The notes: generated by a model from the sequence alone, not told the origin. 64,000 bases of DNA from Auanema rhodensis (GCA_964057225.1 OZ059895.1:15252001-15316000), one strand, 5' to 3'; counted from the first letter of the stretch, positions 22,258-36,800 are shown. A program made the numbers and translations.

Positions 22258-24670
22258 ATGAGGAGGGGTATACATTGGCTATTTGTAGCCATATTAATAC
22301 AAACAGCAACATGCGATGTTGATGATGACAAAGTATGTTTTATTTATCTAATTTTTATTATATTTGATTTTTCATAGGATACTTTCATTCCAACCAAATT
22401 TGTGGTTCCTAAACTTTCTGCTACTCCCAATTTGGTAGAATATTTCGGAAGTAAAGATGTTCTCGGCAAAAGATGGGTTAAAAGTATTGCTAAGAAAGAC
22501 GGAGTAGATAAGGAAATTGCTAAATACAACGGTATTATCGTGCAAAAGCTTTTAACTGACTATCCTCCATTTTAAAGGTGAATGGGCTATCGATGAACCA
22601 ACTCAAGCTTCAATTGAAGGAGATTTTGGTCTTATTGTAAAAACTAAAGCTCGCCATCATGCTATTTCCAGCAGATTAACAAAACCTTTCGTCTTCGATA
22701 ATAAGCCACTTGTTATTCAGTGAGTTATAACCCTCATTATTTTTTGACCATTATACATAATCGCTTTTAGGTACCAAGTACAATATGAAGAAGGTCAAGA
22801 GTGCGGTGGTGGTTATTTGAAGCTTCTGAGTGAGGGAGCGGAAAAAGATCTCGGTGGATTTACTGTAAATTTTGGTACTATGTATGCTTTTTAAAATTTG
22901 TATTTATTCAGGATACCACTCCTTATTCAATAATGTTTGGTCCTGATAAATGCGGTGCTAGTGGAAAAGTTCACCTGATCTTCAGATATAAAAATCCAAA
23001 GAACAATACAATTTATGTAAGCTATTTTTCAATCAATGCGTTTCAATTTGCGTTTGTTAGGAGCATCATGCTAAACAACCTTCAAGTCTTGGAATTACCT
23101 ACTGGGATGATCACAAGCCTCATATGTATACAGCTATTGTTAAACCAGATGGTGAATTCTCTGTTAATGTTGATGACAAAAATATTTTTTACGGTAATAT
23201 GCTCAAGGTAATTTGCTTTATTATGTTGAAATAAGCTGGAAACTTATTGTTTAAGGATCTTACCCCATCTCTTGTCCCACCTAAGATTATTGACGATCCA
23301 TCAGATAAGAAGCCACAAGACTGGGATGATAGGTAGTTATCGAGATTTAGTGCAAATAAAATTTTTTGGAAATTTTAGAGCGGAGATTGATGATATGGAA
23401 GCTAAAAAGCCTGAAGATTGGGATGAGAGCCAACCACAACAGATTGTTGATGAATCTGCTGTTATTCCTGATGATTGGCTTGAAGATGAAGTAAGTTTCA
23501 CTTGAGTTGAGTTTGAGATTTTAAACTCTTCCTTATTTTAGCCTGAGTTGATTCCTGACCCAGAAGCTAAAAAGCCTGATGATTGGGATACTGATATGGA
23601 TGGTGAATGGGAGCCACCTTCAATTGACAACCCAGCTTGCAAGGGTGCTTCCGGATGTGGACCATGGAAGAAGCCTCTAATCGCTAATCCTAAATACAAG
23701 GTTGTTTAATGTTGCTAATAACTAAGCCTATTATTAATCTTGTAGGGCAAGTGGATTCGCCCTAAAATAACTAACCCAGCTTACAAGGGTGTATGGAAGC
23801 CAAAGCAAGTGGAAAATCCTCACTTCTTTGAGCCTACTGCTTTCGGTGGCCTTCCTACTATTTCTGCTGTAGGTATCGAACTATGGACCATGAGCCAAAA
23901 TATAATTTTCGGTTAGTCTTTAAGCCTTATACTTGTATTAACTTGTTATTTGTTATTAAGATAACATTCTCATTACTGACTCTGAAGATGTTGCCGCGGA
24001 AGTTGCTAAGCAAACCTATTACGTGAGAAAGTCTGAGGATGCCCGCTTAGCTGCAAGCATGGGAGAAGGGGGAGGATTCTTCCAATATTTCATTGATGCT
24101 GCCGAGGCAATTTTCCTCTCTAATTCCTGTTATATTGCGAGTTCTTTTTCAGGAAAAGCCATGGCTTTGGGCAGTTTATGTCTTTGGAATTCTTATCCCA
24201 ACCGTCTTCGTTGGAGTTTTCTGCTTTGGAAGAAAATCCACTCCTCACGATACCTACTCTTATAACAAGAAACACGATGTATTCTTAGAGGATGATGATA
24301 AGGTAAGCCGTTCTTGTTTTTAATTATAAGTTAATTTATTCTAAAGATTCCAAATCTTGTTGACGAGGAGGGAAATGAAGTGAAGGATGGCGAGGAAGTA
24401 GGTGATGACTCTGAAGACATCGAAGAGCTTGAAGAAGCTGAAGCTGCTATTGAGGTATGAATAAGCCTTTATAATTCTATTTCTAAAAGTTGCATTTTTC
24501 AGGAAGCTGAGTTGAAGGAATCACCTAAACCTGCTCCAAAGAATACTAAACCAGTATCTAAAGCCATGACACAAATTGAAGCTGATGATAGTGAAAGTGA
24601 CGGTGATAGACATGTTGTTGAAAAGAAATCTCCAGTTGTGAATAAGAGAAAAGCTCGTAGACAGGATTAG
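22258..24670 (+). CDS. cnx-1: Calnexin
   Basis: Signal peptide; [10 protein letters not shown]; [11 protein letters not shown]; P-domain KPEDWDE/KPDDWD and GxW repeats; VGIELWTM; TM segment [15 protein letters not shown]; acidic tail ending KRKARRQD; 14 exons. Confidence 0.95.
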
Positions 24671-24989
24671 GTTCCTGAGCTGTTGCTTGATTATAGGTTG
24701 TTTTTTAATTAATTCAATAATTAAAAATGATTATCATTCATATTGTTTGGTACGGGTTTTCCGTACTACCTTTGTCATTATGTATGATTGGTTGAACATT
24801 TATGAATTTTTTTCTTTATTTTTCCATCTGCAATCCTCGGTCTCGCATCAGTTCTCGATTGCTACTCATGTTACTGTGCTATTTATTATTTTTTTGTCTT
24901 ATAAAAATCTTTATAATTGACTTCAGTAAACATATACAACAGTATAACGATAATCAACAACTTCCTAGGAAAATCTAATTAATTAACAA

Positions 24990-25817
24990 TTATTTTAGTT
25001 GAGAAATCTTCGAATTTGTATAGACATTTCGTTCGAAAACATCTTTGAATCCGTAATATTTGGTATCGAGTTGTTGGGAAAGTTCACGAGCGGACCACTA
25101 AAAATGAAATAATGAAGTAACTTCGTTGTAATGGTTAAAAAACGAATCGAACCTGCTTAGTTTCGTCGTGTAACTTCAATTGTTCTTCGGGGATTGGTTC
25201 AATATTCTTTGCAACTTCGCATGTTCCATCAGGATGCAACTGAAAATTTTGGCTAAACATTTATAATATTTAAGTAATACGCACTCGAACGCCCTGCACG
25301 TCACTCATAGTAGGCTCTCCATTTGGGAACCGAATAGGTTTCAACTCAATCAGGTGTTTGATATGCCACAGCTCTCGATTGACGGCTTCCGTATTCATGA
25401 AAACTTCAGCTTTACCAACCTGTTATTAACCAAATATACACAAAAATTAATATAATAATAATAATACCTTCCAATCGGAACCGAAAAGTGTTTCTACTCT
25501 TTCTTTGGTCCATTTAGGCTGAGTGGCGAGATCACGATAAACCCAAGCCATCCATAGTTTGGATGGAGCTTCAGTCTAAAATATTCAATAAAGCTGAACG
25601 CTAAAAAAACTTAAACTTACACTTTCTTCTTGATGTTCATATCTAAATTCATCCAAAGATCCTTCGGATTGGAAGTCATACTCCTTTATACCGTCATTAC
25701 GACGAGGCAAATAACGAAGCCATTTGCCTCCTGTTCTATATACCCATCGATCTAAAGATTAAATATTGAAATTTAAGCTCAGCATTAACTACACTCACTT
25801 CTGATAACTTTGGCCAT
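24990..25817 (-). CDS. mrpl-30: Mitochondrial ribosomal protein uL30m
   Basis: The spliced product contains PSKLWMAWVYRDLATQPKWTK...FMNTEAVNRELWHIKHLIELKPIRFPNGEPT, the L30 signature. Confidence 0.85.
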
Positions 25818-25956
25818 CTATGATTAATTTAAAATAGGGCTAAAATTGGATAAGAAAATAAAATAAAATAAAAAATAAAAGCAAGGTAATCAGCGATAGA
25901 AACGATAAAAATAAAAATTCTATTAAAATAAATAATTTAGTCAGGCAAATAAGTAA

Positions 25957-27213
25957 CTATTCATTAATTACAAGTGGAGATTCCATAGTACTAAGTGCAT
26001 CCCAATCAATGGTTTCAAAAAATTGATGCTTTTTTAGCGCTGATTGACCACCCATCTCAGGAACACCTAATCGTTTGGTAGGCTGAAATTCTCGAAAGTT
26101 GAAACATGAATTTTTGAATATGAAACTTACGTCTTCAATTAGAATTTTCCGGACCAGATCAGCGGCATCTGCGGGAAAATCTTCCGGTATGGTATAGGAA
26201 ACACTTTGAATACGTTTGAAGATCAAGTACTCAGACTCGTCATGAAAGCAATGAGACCCTAGAAAGGCTATAATCATACAAGATCGAGAAACAAATATCA
26301 AAACCTGTTAATAATTGATAAACTATCACAGCAAAGGACCAAATATCAATAGCTTCGCTAATAGTATCTCCTTTAAGCATCTGAAAAGAAACAAAGCAGA
26401 AAATATAGAATTATACAGCAAATTGAACAAACCTCAGGAGGTATATATTGTGCGGTACCAACGAAGGAGAATCGCCTTCTTCTGTCATGCTTCGGAGGCT
26501 CAACTGTAGTATCCTGAAGGTCTTTTACACAGCCAAAATCAGATATTAGTACATAACGTTGACTGGTGATTAGTAAATTTTCAGGTTTCAAGTCACGATG
26601 TAAAATTGAGAGTGAATGAAGATATTCTTAAAAGAAAATATAAAAACAATGTGTTTTGAAATAAAACTTACGAATTCCGCTTAGTGTTTGAGCTAGTAAA
26701 AATTGGGCAACGTTATAAGAGAATTTTTTTTCTTGTTGTTTTAACATAATGTGAAACAGATCTCCATCTGAGAATAAGAATTAGAACTTGATACATTGAT
26801 AATACACTTACATTCAGCATAAGTAACTACAAAATATAAATGTTCACTATCTTGTAATGTTTGGAATAAAGTAGTTACAAAGGCATTACCAGGAGTAGTA
26901 GAAGCTATACGAGCTAAAGCTCGTTTTTCTCGATGAATTTGAGGTACGAGACCTTCTTTGATTAGTTGACGCTTGAAACACATTTTTAAAGCAATTGTAC
27001 GATTTAGCCCAAATAGTTCTTTGGCAGAATAAACGACACTAAACGAGCCATCCCCAATTTCTTTAATAACCTGTAACAGATGATCGAAATGAAATTTTAA
27101 CATAGTAATAGCTTCACTTTATAATCTGCTAACGTCTTACTACCCGTTACATTAGTTCTGCTGGTTTCTGGATGTCTTAGATTAGCGGGAATAAGTTGCT
27201 CATCTTCATTCAT
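25957..27213 (-). CDS. PDK1-like AGC Ser/Thr kinase lacking the C-terminal PH domain
   Basis: Motifs [35 protein letters not shown] and EYLIFKRI are PDK1-type. The stop follows immediately after the kinase domain. Confidence 0.85.
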
Positions 27214-27750
27214 TTTGTTAAATTAGTAAAAATAAAATATATATATATATACAAGAGGAGAACACTAATTCTGTTCGATGTTTAACAGCTTCATCAAGAA
27301 CTTTGTAAACAGCGTGCGTATTAACCCTGCGTCAGATCTCCAGATCTTCGAGCTTGTTTAAACTTGAATACCTATTAAGTCTTTAACATATTAATGCGGA
27401 CGCAAATATGAGTAACGTGAAAATTATTTATTAACATGATTAGGTGGAAGAACATGTGTTTTAATGAAATAGTGAGTAAAGTGAATTATTTGTATCACAC
27501 GATCTTATTTGATCCATCTATAAATATTTAGAAATATAAGGAAATACGATGAAAATTCAAAAACCACATGAATTGGGCATTTTCTATTGAAAAAGAATAT
27601 TACACTCGTGATCAGGTAATCTGAAACATCTAAGTGTTCTAGGTTCGGAGGTGGCTGAAATAAAATACTGGACCAATAGTATAGATAGAGCTTTTAAATA
27701 AGTTACTTGACTTGCAAAACAGTTGATTATTTCTTTGTCCATATTTCTCA

Positions 27751-29557
27751 ATGGGGTTTGCTACGCTAGCTGTTTTTCTCTTCATTCGATTAACTTCATG
27801 TTCCTTTTTCGATATAGAGAAGAATTTAAGAGGTACCAAACATCTGTAGATTAAAAATAAACTTTTGAAATTTCAGGTTATGAACAATATATGACCAACT
27901 TAGATAGATTAAACAGCAAATTATTTCAAAATTATGATAGTTATGCGGCTCCAATATATACGTTGTGTATGTTTCATATCTGGACTCTTATGTGCTTTTG
28001 TCAGATTTCATAATCGAAAATTGAAAAAAATCATTTTGTCTATTGTCTTCGCATGAATCGGTTGTGTTACTGAAAAGTATACGTCGACCTAACTGTTATA
28101 TTTTCAATTTCAGCCCCATATTCGCGTTGGTCGGATCTGATTGCGAATGGATCATATCCTGATCCTTTTCCCATATCTGTCGAATTTATATATTTATATT
28201 TAGTCAAAGTTGTAAGTGTGAAGTGTACAAAGTTCTTTTAAGTTTTGTATCGGCTCTTACTATATGAATTTCAGTCAGAAGTAGAAGAATCTATTGACCT
28301 TCTTTTGGATTATAAAATAGTATTATTTTGATTTTATATCTTATTTGAATAATTATTTCATCTTAGGATTGGCAAGATTATCGATTACGATGGGATCCTC
28401 GAGATTATGGTGGCTTGTATTCCCATTACTATCAAAGAGATAAAGTTTGGGTTCCGGATATTAGCCCTATGGATGTGTAAATTATTTTTTTAATATATTA
28501 GATTTTAAATAGTGTTTGAATAGGCATTCTGTAGGAGATATACGTAGTGATCATCAACAGCTTGTTCTGGTATTACATCATACGATTACATTGTACTTAA
28601 CACTTCTCACTTAAGGTCTCATATGATGGAACTATGAGCTTTTATTCTACTATACGTACTTCTGCTATTTGTAACTTCAATGTGAGCCTTTGTTCTTATG
28701 ATATCTCAGCATTGCATTCTTTTTTCAGCTCTCGAGATTTCCATTTGATATCCAAGTGTGTGATGTGCCTATCGAGACTCGTTCATTGTTTCAGCCTTAT
28801 TTCAATTTATCAATAACTGTATGAATTCGACTTTAGATTTGATTATGTTATCTCTTGTAGTATGGAACATATTCATTGAGGGGTAATGGAGAATGGAATG
28901 TAACGGATGTTAACGTCGAGAAGAGAGAATATCTGTTTGATGATCCTGAAAATTCATATACAGAGGTAATTTTATAAATAACATTGCTTTCATGTAATTT
29001 CCTTCAGGCTGTTATATCTGTCGTGATTAAGAGACATCCAATTTATTATATTTTAATGTTTATGCTTCCCACATTCGTTATCAATACTATTTCCATTTTC
29101 GGGATTTTTCTCCCTCAAGCTGATAGCATGGGAAGAGTAATATAAATCTTTTAAAATTCATTATGAATTTAAATGTTATAGCTTACAGTTGGCTTAACGA
29201 ACAGTATGAGCATGACATTCTTGTTAGGAGTTTTAAGTGGAATGATTCCTCGGACAAGTGTTTTTCCATTACTTGGTATGAGTAAAGCAATACACAACTT
29301 GTACTGCTTTAAATTATTATAGGAATTTTCTTTCTTTCTGAATTAGCTCTCATAACATTGGCTTTAGTACTTGTCACTGTGATTGGTAATCGTAGACTGG
29401 GTAAGAAAGAAAGCAAAACTATGTATGTTTGTAAATTCCTTTCCCTAAAATAGATAATGCTGATTTCAGTTGGTCCAAACTCTATTTATACCATTTGTTC
29501 AACGTTATGATGCAGTTATGCAATATAATCATCTTCGTCGTTTTTCTATGTAGCTAA
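27751..29557 (+). CDS. Divergent Cys-loop ligand-gated ion channel subunit (lgc family, non-alpha)
   Basis: Signal peptide [17 protein letters not shown]; WQDYRLRW; VWVPDI; Cys-loop [15 protein letters not shown] (C-x13-C); GNGEW; KRHPIYY followed by four TM helices. Confidence 0.85.
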
Positions 29558-29664
29558 TTTTAATCTGACGATTACAGTAATCGATTTATTCTCGTAAAAT
29601 CTGTTAGATTTTCAGTTTTTAACTCTAATTGTACAAAGATGGTTTTGGTTTCAAACACCCGTGT

Positions 29665-29736
29665 GCCTCATTGGCTCAGGGGCAGAGCGTCTGTCTAGTA
29701 AACAGAAGGTCGCTGGTTCGATTCCAGCATGAGGCA
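29665..29736 (+). tRNA. tRNA-Thr(AGT)
   Basis: Cloverleaf with a GCCTCAT/ATGAGGC acceptor stem, a TCTGT/ACAGA anticodon stem with loop CT-AGT-AA, a GGTTCGATTCC T arm, and a downstream T-run terminator. Confidence 0.95.
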
Positions 29737-30823
29737 GTTTCTTTTACTCTTTTTTAAAAAGTGTGCTGTATCAAGGTACTAAAACATTTAATTCAGTATG
29801 TTATTAGTTATACTCTGAAAGATTATCACAAATCTTTATATGTATATAATCTATTTACTGCATTTAAGGAATTACACAACTTGATTTCCTCATTGTTACA
29901 GCTTTACTTCAATTTTTTGAAAACAAAATGTGGTTAATCACGCTATAGTAATATTATAATTGAAAAAATGCTTTTCTTTTCCGAAATTAGTTAATGATTC
30001 TATTTTAAAATGAAACTAGGCTAAGAATTTCTTTAGTTAAAAAGAATATACGTAATTCAAAAATGGAATATACTACTCTAAATTGTAATTTGAAATACTC
30101 AATTATCAATGCATTGAGTTGGAGAAACACAGACAAAGGACTGAAAAAATAATGTTTTAGTTTTTATTGTATTGTTAATATATTGATGATTTGATGAATC
30201 ATTGTATTTGTATGGATTTACACCAAAATTTGATATTTCTTTCATAATGCTATATGTTGACAAAGCTGCAGCACAGCTCAGGTCACGCGCTCTCTCTCTG
30301 TTTTCACAGTAGAAATCTTGACAAACATGAGTATCTGCATCGAAACCAAAAAATATATTGTTTAATAAACTTTATTATGTATTTAGATGTAAAGCAATTG
30401 ACGAGAGCAACTGTTTTGAACTGAAGCTATACACGATGAGCAGGACTTGAGAGCTGGATGGTTATGATGTAAGTGAAAATTATTGAAAAAAAACGAGTCC
30501 TGGCGGAAAAAACTGACGAAAACAGAAAACTGTTATGGAGTAGCAAGTAAAGCAAAAGATAAACGATAACAGAATCTAGAATTAGGACATTGGCCGGGAC
30601 ACAGATCGACTCTCTGGACTCAACAGGGTACAGGAAAGAAGAGAAATATGACTTAAACGGTACAATAGCACCTACTAAAACTCATTGCCACATAGCAAAT
30701 ACCATAATAGGTCAGAAAAAAACGAATTATTAAAATAAATAAATAAAAATTTGATATTCATGAGTTTCAGCTAATGAATATTCGCCGAAAACCATTCATA
30801 GATATGGGAAACAGGCTGGCTGC

Positions 30824-33800
30824 CTACTGCAGGAAATCATCCAAAGCCACCGGAGCATCGGCGAGATATTTGTCACGACAGATACCGCTCACAGGAATCT
30901 GTAAGAAAAATAATTTGTTTGCATGTAACACTGTGGCAAAATCTGATAAGAAAAAGCTTGAAAAGCGGTGTACCTGATGAGCTGGACATTTGTCTTCACA
31001 TTTTTTTACGATGCGTTCGTCAATAATTCGGAGAACTTGTACCTTACCTCCTGGGCAGGGTGAGCCTGGAAAGGACACAATGAGCTTTTTAGTTCAGAAT
31101 AATTAAAGCAACTTACGTGTCTCAGTCTTTCCGGTTCCAGTAGTTTTACGACTGGTAAGTGTACCAGACGATCCTTCTCCGACAGAGCAGCATTGGTATT
31201 TGCGGTTGATGTTATTACGGATGCATCTGTAAAGTCATATATTTAGCAAATTCAATCTGAATTTGAAATCTTACGTGTATCCGGTTGGACACGACTTGGA
31301 CTTAGTTCCACTGCACTGAACAGGAGTTCCGGTTGATGGGAAAAGAAGAGCAATACCGGCTGGACATCCATAAGCGTCTTTTCCACCAGATGCTGGTGCA
31401 GAAGAGCAGCAGTAGTATTTCTAAAATGGTTGAGACATAAGTATCAGTTCAACTTGTTTGAATATTACCTTGGATTTCTTTGAGAATGTGCACTTGAATC
31501 CAGCTGGACAAGGGGTTGATGTACATTGTTGTGGTTGTCCATTGACGAGATAAGCACTTCCCTTATCACAGACATTATTTTCAGTAGATTCGCCCTCTTC
31601 TGGTTCTTCGGTTTTAGGCTTTAACTGGCTGAATCGCTCAATTGGCTGAGCTGGCTTAGTGGCCTTTGATGCTCCAGCTCCACGCCCACAGCAGATATTC
31701 TGTTGTGCAGTTTGAGAGAACTGACAACTGTATCCGCGTGGACAAGTGTTGATACGTTGAGGAGAACAGAATCTAACGCTATCACTGCCACGCTCAACGA
31801 ATGGCATTTGTCCAGCAACAGGACAAGTCTTCATTGGACGAGAAGCCTTCTTGACACATTCGTCATCAACAACATCTTCTCCTTCAGCACAATCGCAAAT
31901 GCTGTCTTGGCAAGTAGATCCACCTTGACATTGCTCGTCAACCTCACAAGCAGCAGCGATGGCTGCACGTGGAAGACATGATCCCTTAACTTCAACCTAA
32001 AGAAGCAAAATAATTTTTTGCTGTGACAGTTGTGCGAACCTCATCCTCGGTACAAGAAACTTGGCAAACTCCATCAACTTCACGATGACCCTCAGGGCAA
32101 GCGCAAGATCCATCCTTGCAAACAGCTGGGCTAGGGCATTGAACTTGGTTAGAACACATTTCTCCAATTGAAACCTTATCAAGGCATACACCATCAACGG
32201 CAACTTGTTTGTCGGTACATGCTGAAAAGAAATTTTAATAAAGTTTATAGATGAATATGCTAACTTGGCTCGTTGGTAGTACAACAGAGTTGAGATCCGG
32301 AGATGGAGCGTTGACAACTGAATCCACTGGGGCATGTGCTCTGTCCAATAACACAAGATTGTGGCTCTCCAGTCATACCGATGAAAGCAACAGCATCATT
32401 AGGACAACCTCCAGACATACCACAACACTAAAATTAAAAAAAGATGAGTTTAACATATGAAGCTGCAAATATTTACTTGGAATTGATTGTTTCCATTAGA
32501 GAATTGACAGAAATATCCAGTTGGACAGTTCTGAGATCCAGCAGTACAGATTCTTGGAGAGTTTGTGGCTGGCTCGCGGAAAGCAACCTAAAGAAGAATA
32601 CGTTACAAGGTTAACTATATCCATGTCACACCTGGTTGTTGGGACATCCAAGGGCAGCAATTGACTTGGGAGTAGTGATTGGAGTAGCTCCGCAGCACTG
32701 GTAACGTTGGTTAGCCAAAGACCATTGACAAGAATAGCCGTTTGGACATGGGGCATTAGGTGGATTGAATGGATCACATGGAGCAATAGCATTGTCCTTC
32801 ATGTAGACATACTCATTAGGAGGACAACCATCTAAAAATTGAAGATATAATTGAAGTAACATTGTGAGATGTAGCTTACCAGAAACACTGGCGACCTCTC
32901 CCTTACAACAGTATCCAGTTGTGAATTCGTTTTGAGTACTCTGACAGCTGTAGCCGTTAGGACAAGTGATGAAAGCTCCAACAGTACAACTGCGTGGCAT
33001 TTGGCTGTTCTCCTCAATATAGAACTCAGCCTTATTTGGACACAGATAGTTGCTCGAACAGCAGTAACCCTGAAAACGGTTAAGATTAAGTTTAGATCAA
33101 ATCACGGTGATAAAATTACCTGGAAAGCTCCGGGTACGTCCGATTGACAGGAATAACCATTGGGGCATTGGTTGCTGTTGCTGCTGATGGTACAACGAAT
33201 TGGTCCCTTAGAAGAAGGTTCACGGTAGAGAGCCTTGCCAGCAGGGCACAGATCACCAGTGATAGAAGCACAACAGTAGTAGCGATTCTTGAGAGCGTTG
33301 AAACGGCAAAGGTAGTTAGATGGGCATGAGCCTTCAACGTTGATGAGACACTCGCGAACAGACATGTCTACGGCGTTAACATAGGCTTTTTCTCCTTCTG
33401 GGCAGACATCTAAACGAGGAAATTAAGATGAACGAAGAAAAAGAGATGAAATGCTTACCCATGTTAGTGGCTCCACAGCAAACGCTGTTTCCACTAAGTT
33501 GATCGTAAGTACAACCGAAGTTGGTTGGACAACTGTTGGAGAGAGCAGCATTACATTCATAAGGCAAGTTGGTGTTGGGGTTAACGTAAGCAACATCTCC
33601 AGGAGTACAGGCAGCAGACAAGCAGAAGTTGTTACATTGCTCCAAGGTGGCGAAGTTGTTCAAATTTCCACTGCATCCATTGTATGTGAATTGAGTACAT
33701 TCCTTGGTAACAATGTTGAAGTAGAATCTAGCAGCGGCAGAGCTAGAGCAGGAGCTTCCTTGTTGAGGAGGAAGGGAACATATATAACTGCGAGTTGGGC

Positions 33801-36800
33801 AACAACGATTGACAACACTGCTTCCAGAGTTAACAGAAGTACATTCGTGGGTGGTTGGGCATACTTGGCTGGCAGAGCAAACCATAAGTTGTCCGAACTC
33901 ATTGCGTTCAGGAGTTCCTCCATTTGGACATCCTCCGACTCCGCAATATCCTTCACAATCCTCACGGGTAGCGAAGTTGTTACTGTTTCCGTCACATCCG
34001 TTGTATTGGTAGCTTTCACATTCTTGAGTCTGAGAGTTGTAGTAGTATCTGAAAGTATAGGTTGGAAAAAATATTTTCTACTAAAGCAAAAACCTGTAGG
34101 AAGATCCAGATCCACAAGTAACTCCCTTATGGGGGGATAAAGTACAGGTGTAAGCCTTAGTTGGACAACAACCCCATACGTATCCATCAAAGTAACATTC
34201 ATAATTGACTGGGCAAGAGTTTCCAGATCCAGAGTTGGAGCATACGTAGTAGTTACCCTGGTAATCCTTGTAAGCGTCTCCTTGTGGACATTGTGGTTCA
34301 GCTGAAATCAGGAAATTTGCTTGAGTACAATTTAAGTTTTAACTCACGAATGATATTCTCGCAGGTATTCTGACACTCGAGAAGAGTTTCGAAGTTGTTG
34401 TCATTACCCTGGCAACCGGTGTAATCGAAAATCTCACAGGCACGAGTAACGGCATTGTACCAATAACGACGAACAGATTGCTTACAATCTCCAAGACGAA
34501 GTGGTTGAGAACAGATAGCTTCTGTAAATTTGATTCATAGTCTCATGGATAGCAGCTTGAAAAACATACGTGGACGAGGACAGCAGACATTGTGATCGCT
34601 CTGGCATTCATGAGTACTTGGGCAATCAGCGTTCGTGCTACATCTTTGGTTAGCTAAAATAAAAATATCAAAAATTGCTTATAGATGAAGTAAAATTACC
34701 AGCTCCGATCTTAAGTGGGGTACCGTACTTGCACTGAAGCTTAGCACAGAACAACTCGCATTCGGCAGATGACTTGAAGTTGTTGTAGTTTCCGAGACCT
34801 CCATTATAGGTGAAAGCAATACAACGTCCTTGTTCAGCATCGTAATAATAACGACTTGAGGTAGAATAAGTCAATCCAAAGCTCTTCATCATGGTGACTC
34901 CAGCATCGAAGTTGGTAGTTCTGAATGAATATCTCTCATTACCGTATGTCAAAGTTATATTCAAATACCTGAGAAGGTCGATTGGGCGTCCTCCAGAGTT
35001 GCTACAGATGCTAGCAACAGTAGGACAGCAAAGCTGCATGGATCCGATGGAAGTACATTCGTAGTTGCTGGTACAACTGCTAGCAGTTTGACAGTTGTTA
35101 ACAGGTTCATCCTCATTTTGACTTCCTCCGACCAAATATTGTGGTGAACCACGCTTGCAAGCTATAATATTGTTTAGTAATAAAGATCATAAAAGTTGTT
35201 TTCAATAAAGTTTTAATTTATAAAGCTTAAAAATATTCAAAAAATGAAAATTCGCGCGTATTTTTTAGTCTAAATATTTCATTTGAATATTTTATGATAA
35301 GCGGTTGCATATGTCTCCTGAGCATTATTTCGCAAGGTTAGTTCATTTTTTTTCAACAACTATTGTTAATTAGCTAATTATATGTTGTTTTTGTTATTAT
35401 ATTATATTCTTTATTCTGTAAAGTAGACGAAAAGTTATTCATAATAACATTGAGCCAATGCGCTCATTTCATTCGAGTGTTTTGGATATGTCTTCGTTTC
35501 TTTTGTAGTCAGACAACTGAAGTTCTTATTATTATGCTCTCAATTTCAAAGGCTATCTCGCATAGAATTTACTACTAGACACTTCATTTCGGCTTCATCA
35601 ACCAAGCTCTTCCTTGCTTCTTCGGTTAGCTCACTTCTTTCCGCGTTCTTTCACTGTTGAGCTGTTTGAGCACGAATGCGTCCGATTATCAAGTGTTTAC
35701 CCTCACTTTGTACCGTCCACCCTATTACAAACACATTCGTCTTTACTTCATTATCCTTCACGTAGCCGTCAGATGTAATATTAGCAGGCAAACTGTCTCC
35801 TCTCCTTTGTTCAGCTCATCTAGATATATCTCTCATTCTCATTTTCCTTTTCTTTTCCCCTTTTTCAGTCATATCTTCTCTGTCACTAACTTTCCATCTC
35901 ATTCAAGAAAAAGGCACGGCTGGAAAGAGTATGAAGAGGTCGGCAGTTTCTCTGACTACTTCAACTTGTACCGGAAAGTGGACAGCACACGATAGTATTG
36001 CAACCGCATATAGTCAATACCAAAGGATATTGTGAATTTCTCAATCCCATTATCACTTTGAACATATAAACTTACTGTCTCTACAGTAGGATTCGCAGTG
36101 CTCGCGGGTCTTGAAGTTGTTGGGGGATTGCATCTCAGTCTCATCCCAAGGGTCCCACATGAACTGTTCGCAGGTTCCGGTAACGGCATTGTACCACCAT
36201 CTGAAATGCATATCATAAGTACAATAGTAATAATACAATATTGGACCTTGGTCTAACACCGGCTGGAGCAGAAGAGCCAGAGTCAGCTTCACGCTTGGGT
36301 TGAATACAAGTGAAAGCTGAAAATACAGTGGGTCAATAAATATTAATATGACCATTCTCTATCACGAAATCACATGGAGCAGAACGCTTAACGATCGCGA
36401 ATACATCATGAATTGATCGTTATTTACCAATAAGCTCAATAGATTTCTCACACGTAACGTCATTTTGCGTCGGCCTTCGATTGAAACCGAAAGCCAAATG
36501 ACTACCGTGCGTAGGTGAATGCATCCGTCGTGTGTCTTACCTCTGTTAGGGCAGCAAATACCGTCAGTGGCTGGGTGAATATCATATACACCTTCCATAG
36601 CAGTTTTAACACTGGCAAGAGAGCTGGTAGATGTAACACAGTCGAAGATATCGGCAATGTAGATGCCATTTCCAGATGATGGATCGTTGGAATATACACA
36701 AGCTCCACCTGAAATTAAAGAAATTGATGAGGATTCATTGCATTCATAACATTGGGTGTGTGTACTTGCTTCTTGTTTCTCATTTATGTTTTGACTGATT

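Noticed and set aside
23715-24470. TAAGCC hexamers as telomere seeds or DNA-elimination sites
   Set aside because: They are only isolated single units with no tandem TTAGGC array and no supportable break motif.
29665-29736. tRNA pseudogene or recoding tRNA, prompted by the D-loop AGGGGCA
   Set aside because: All stems pair and the anticodon matches a Thr body. A D-loop variant at a variable position is unremarkable.
33451-34202. Long alternative-frame and antisense ORFs (229 aa, 180 aa)
   Set aside because: They are shadow frames of a long Cys-rich Kunitz/Lustrin exon.
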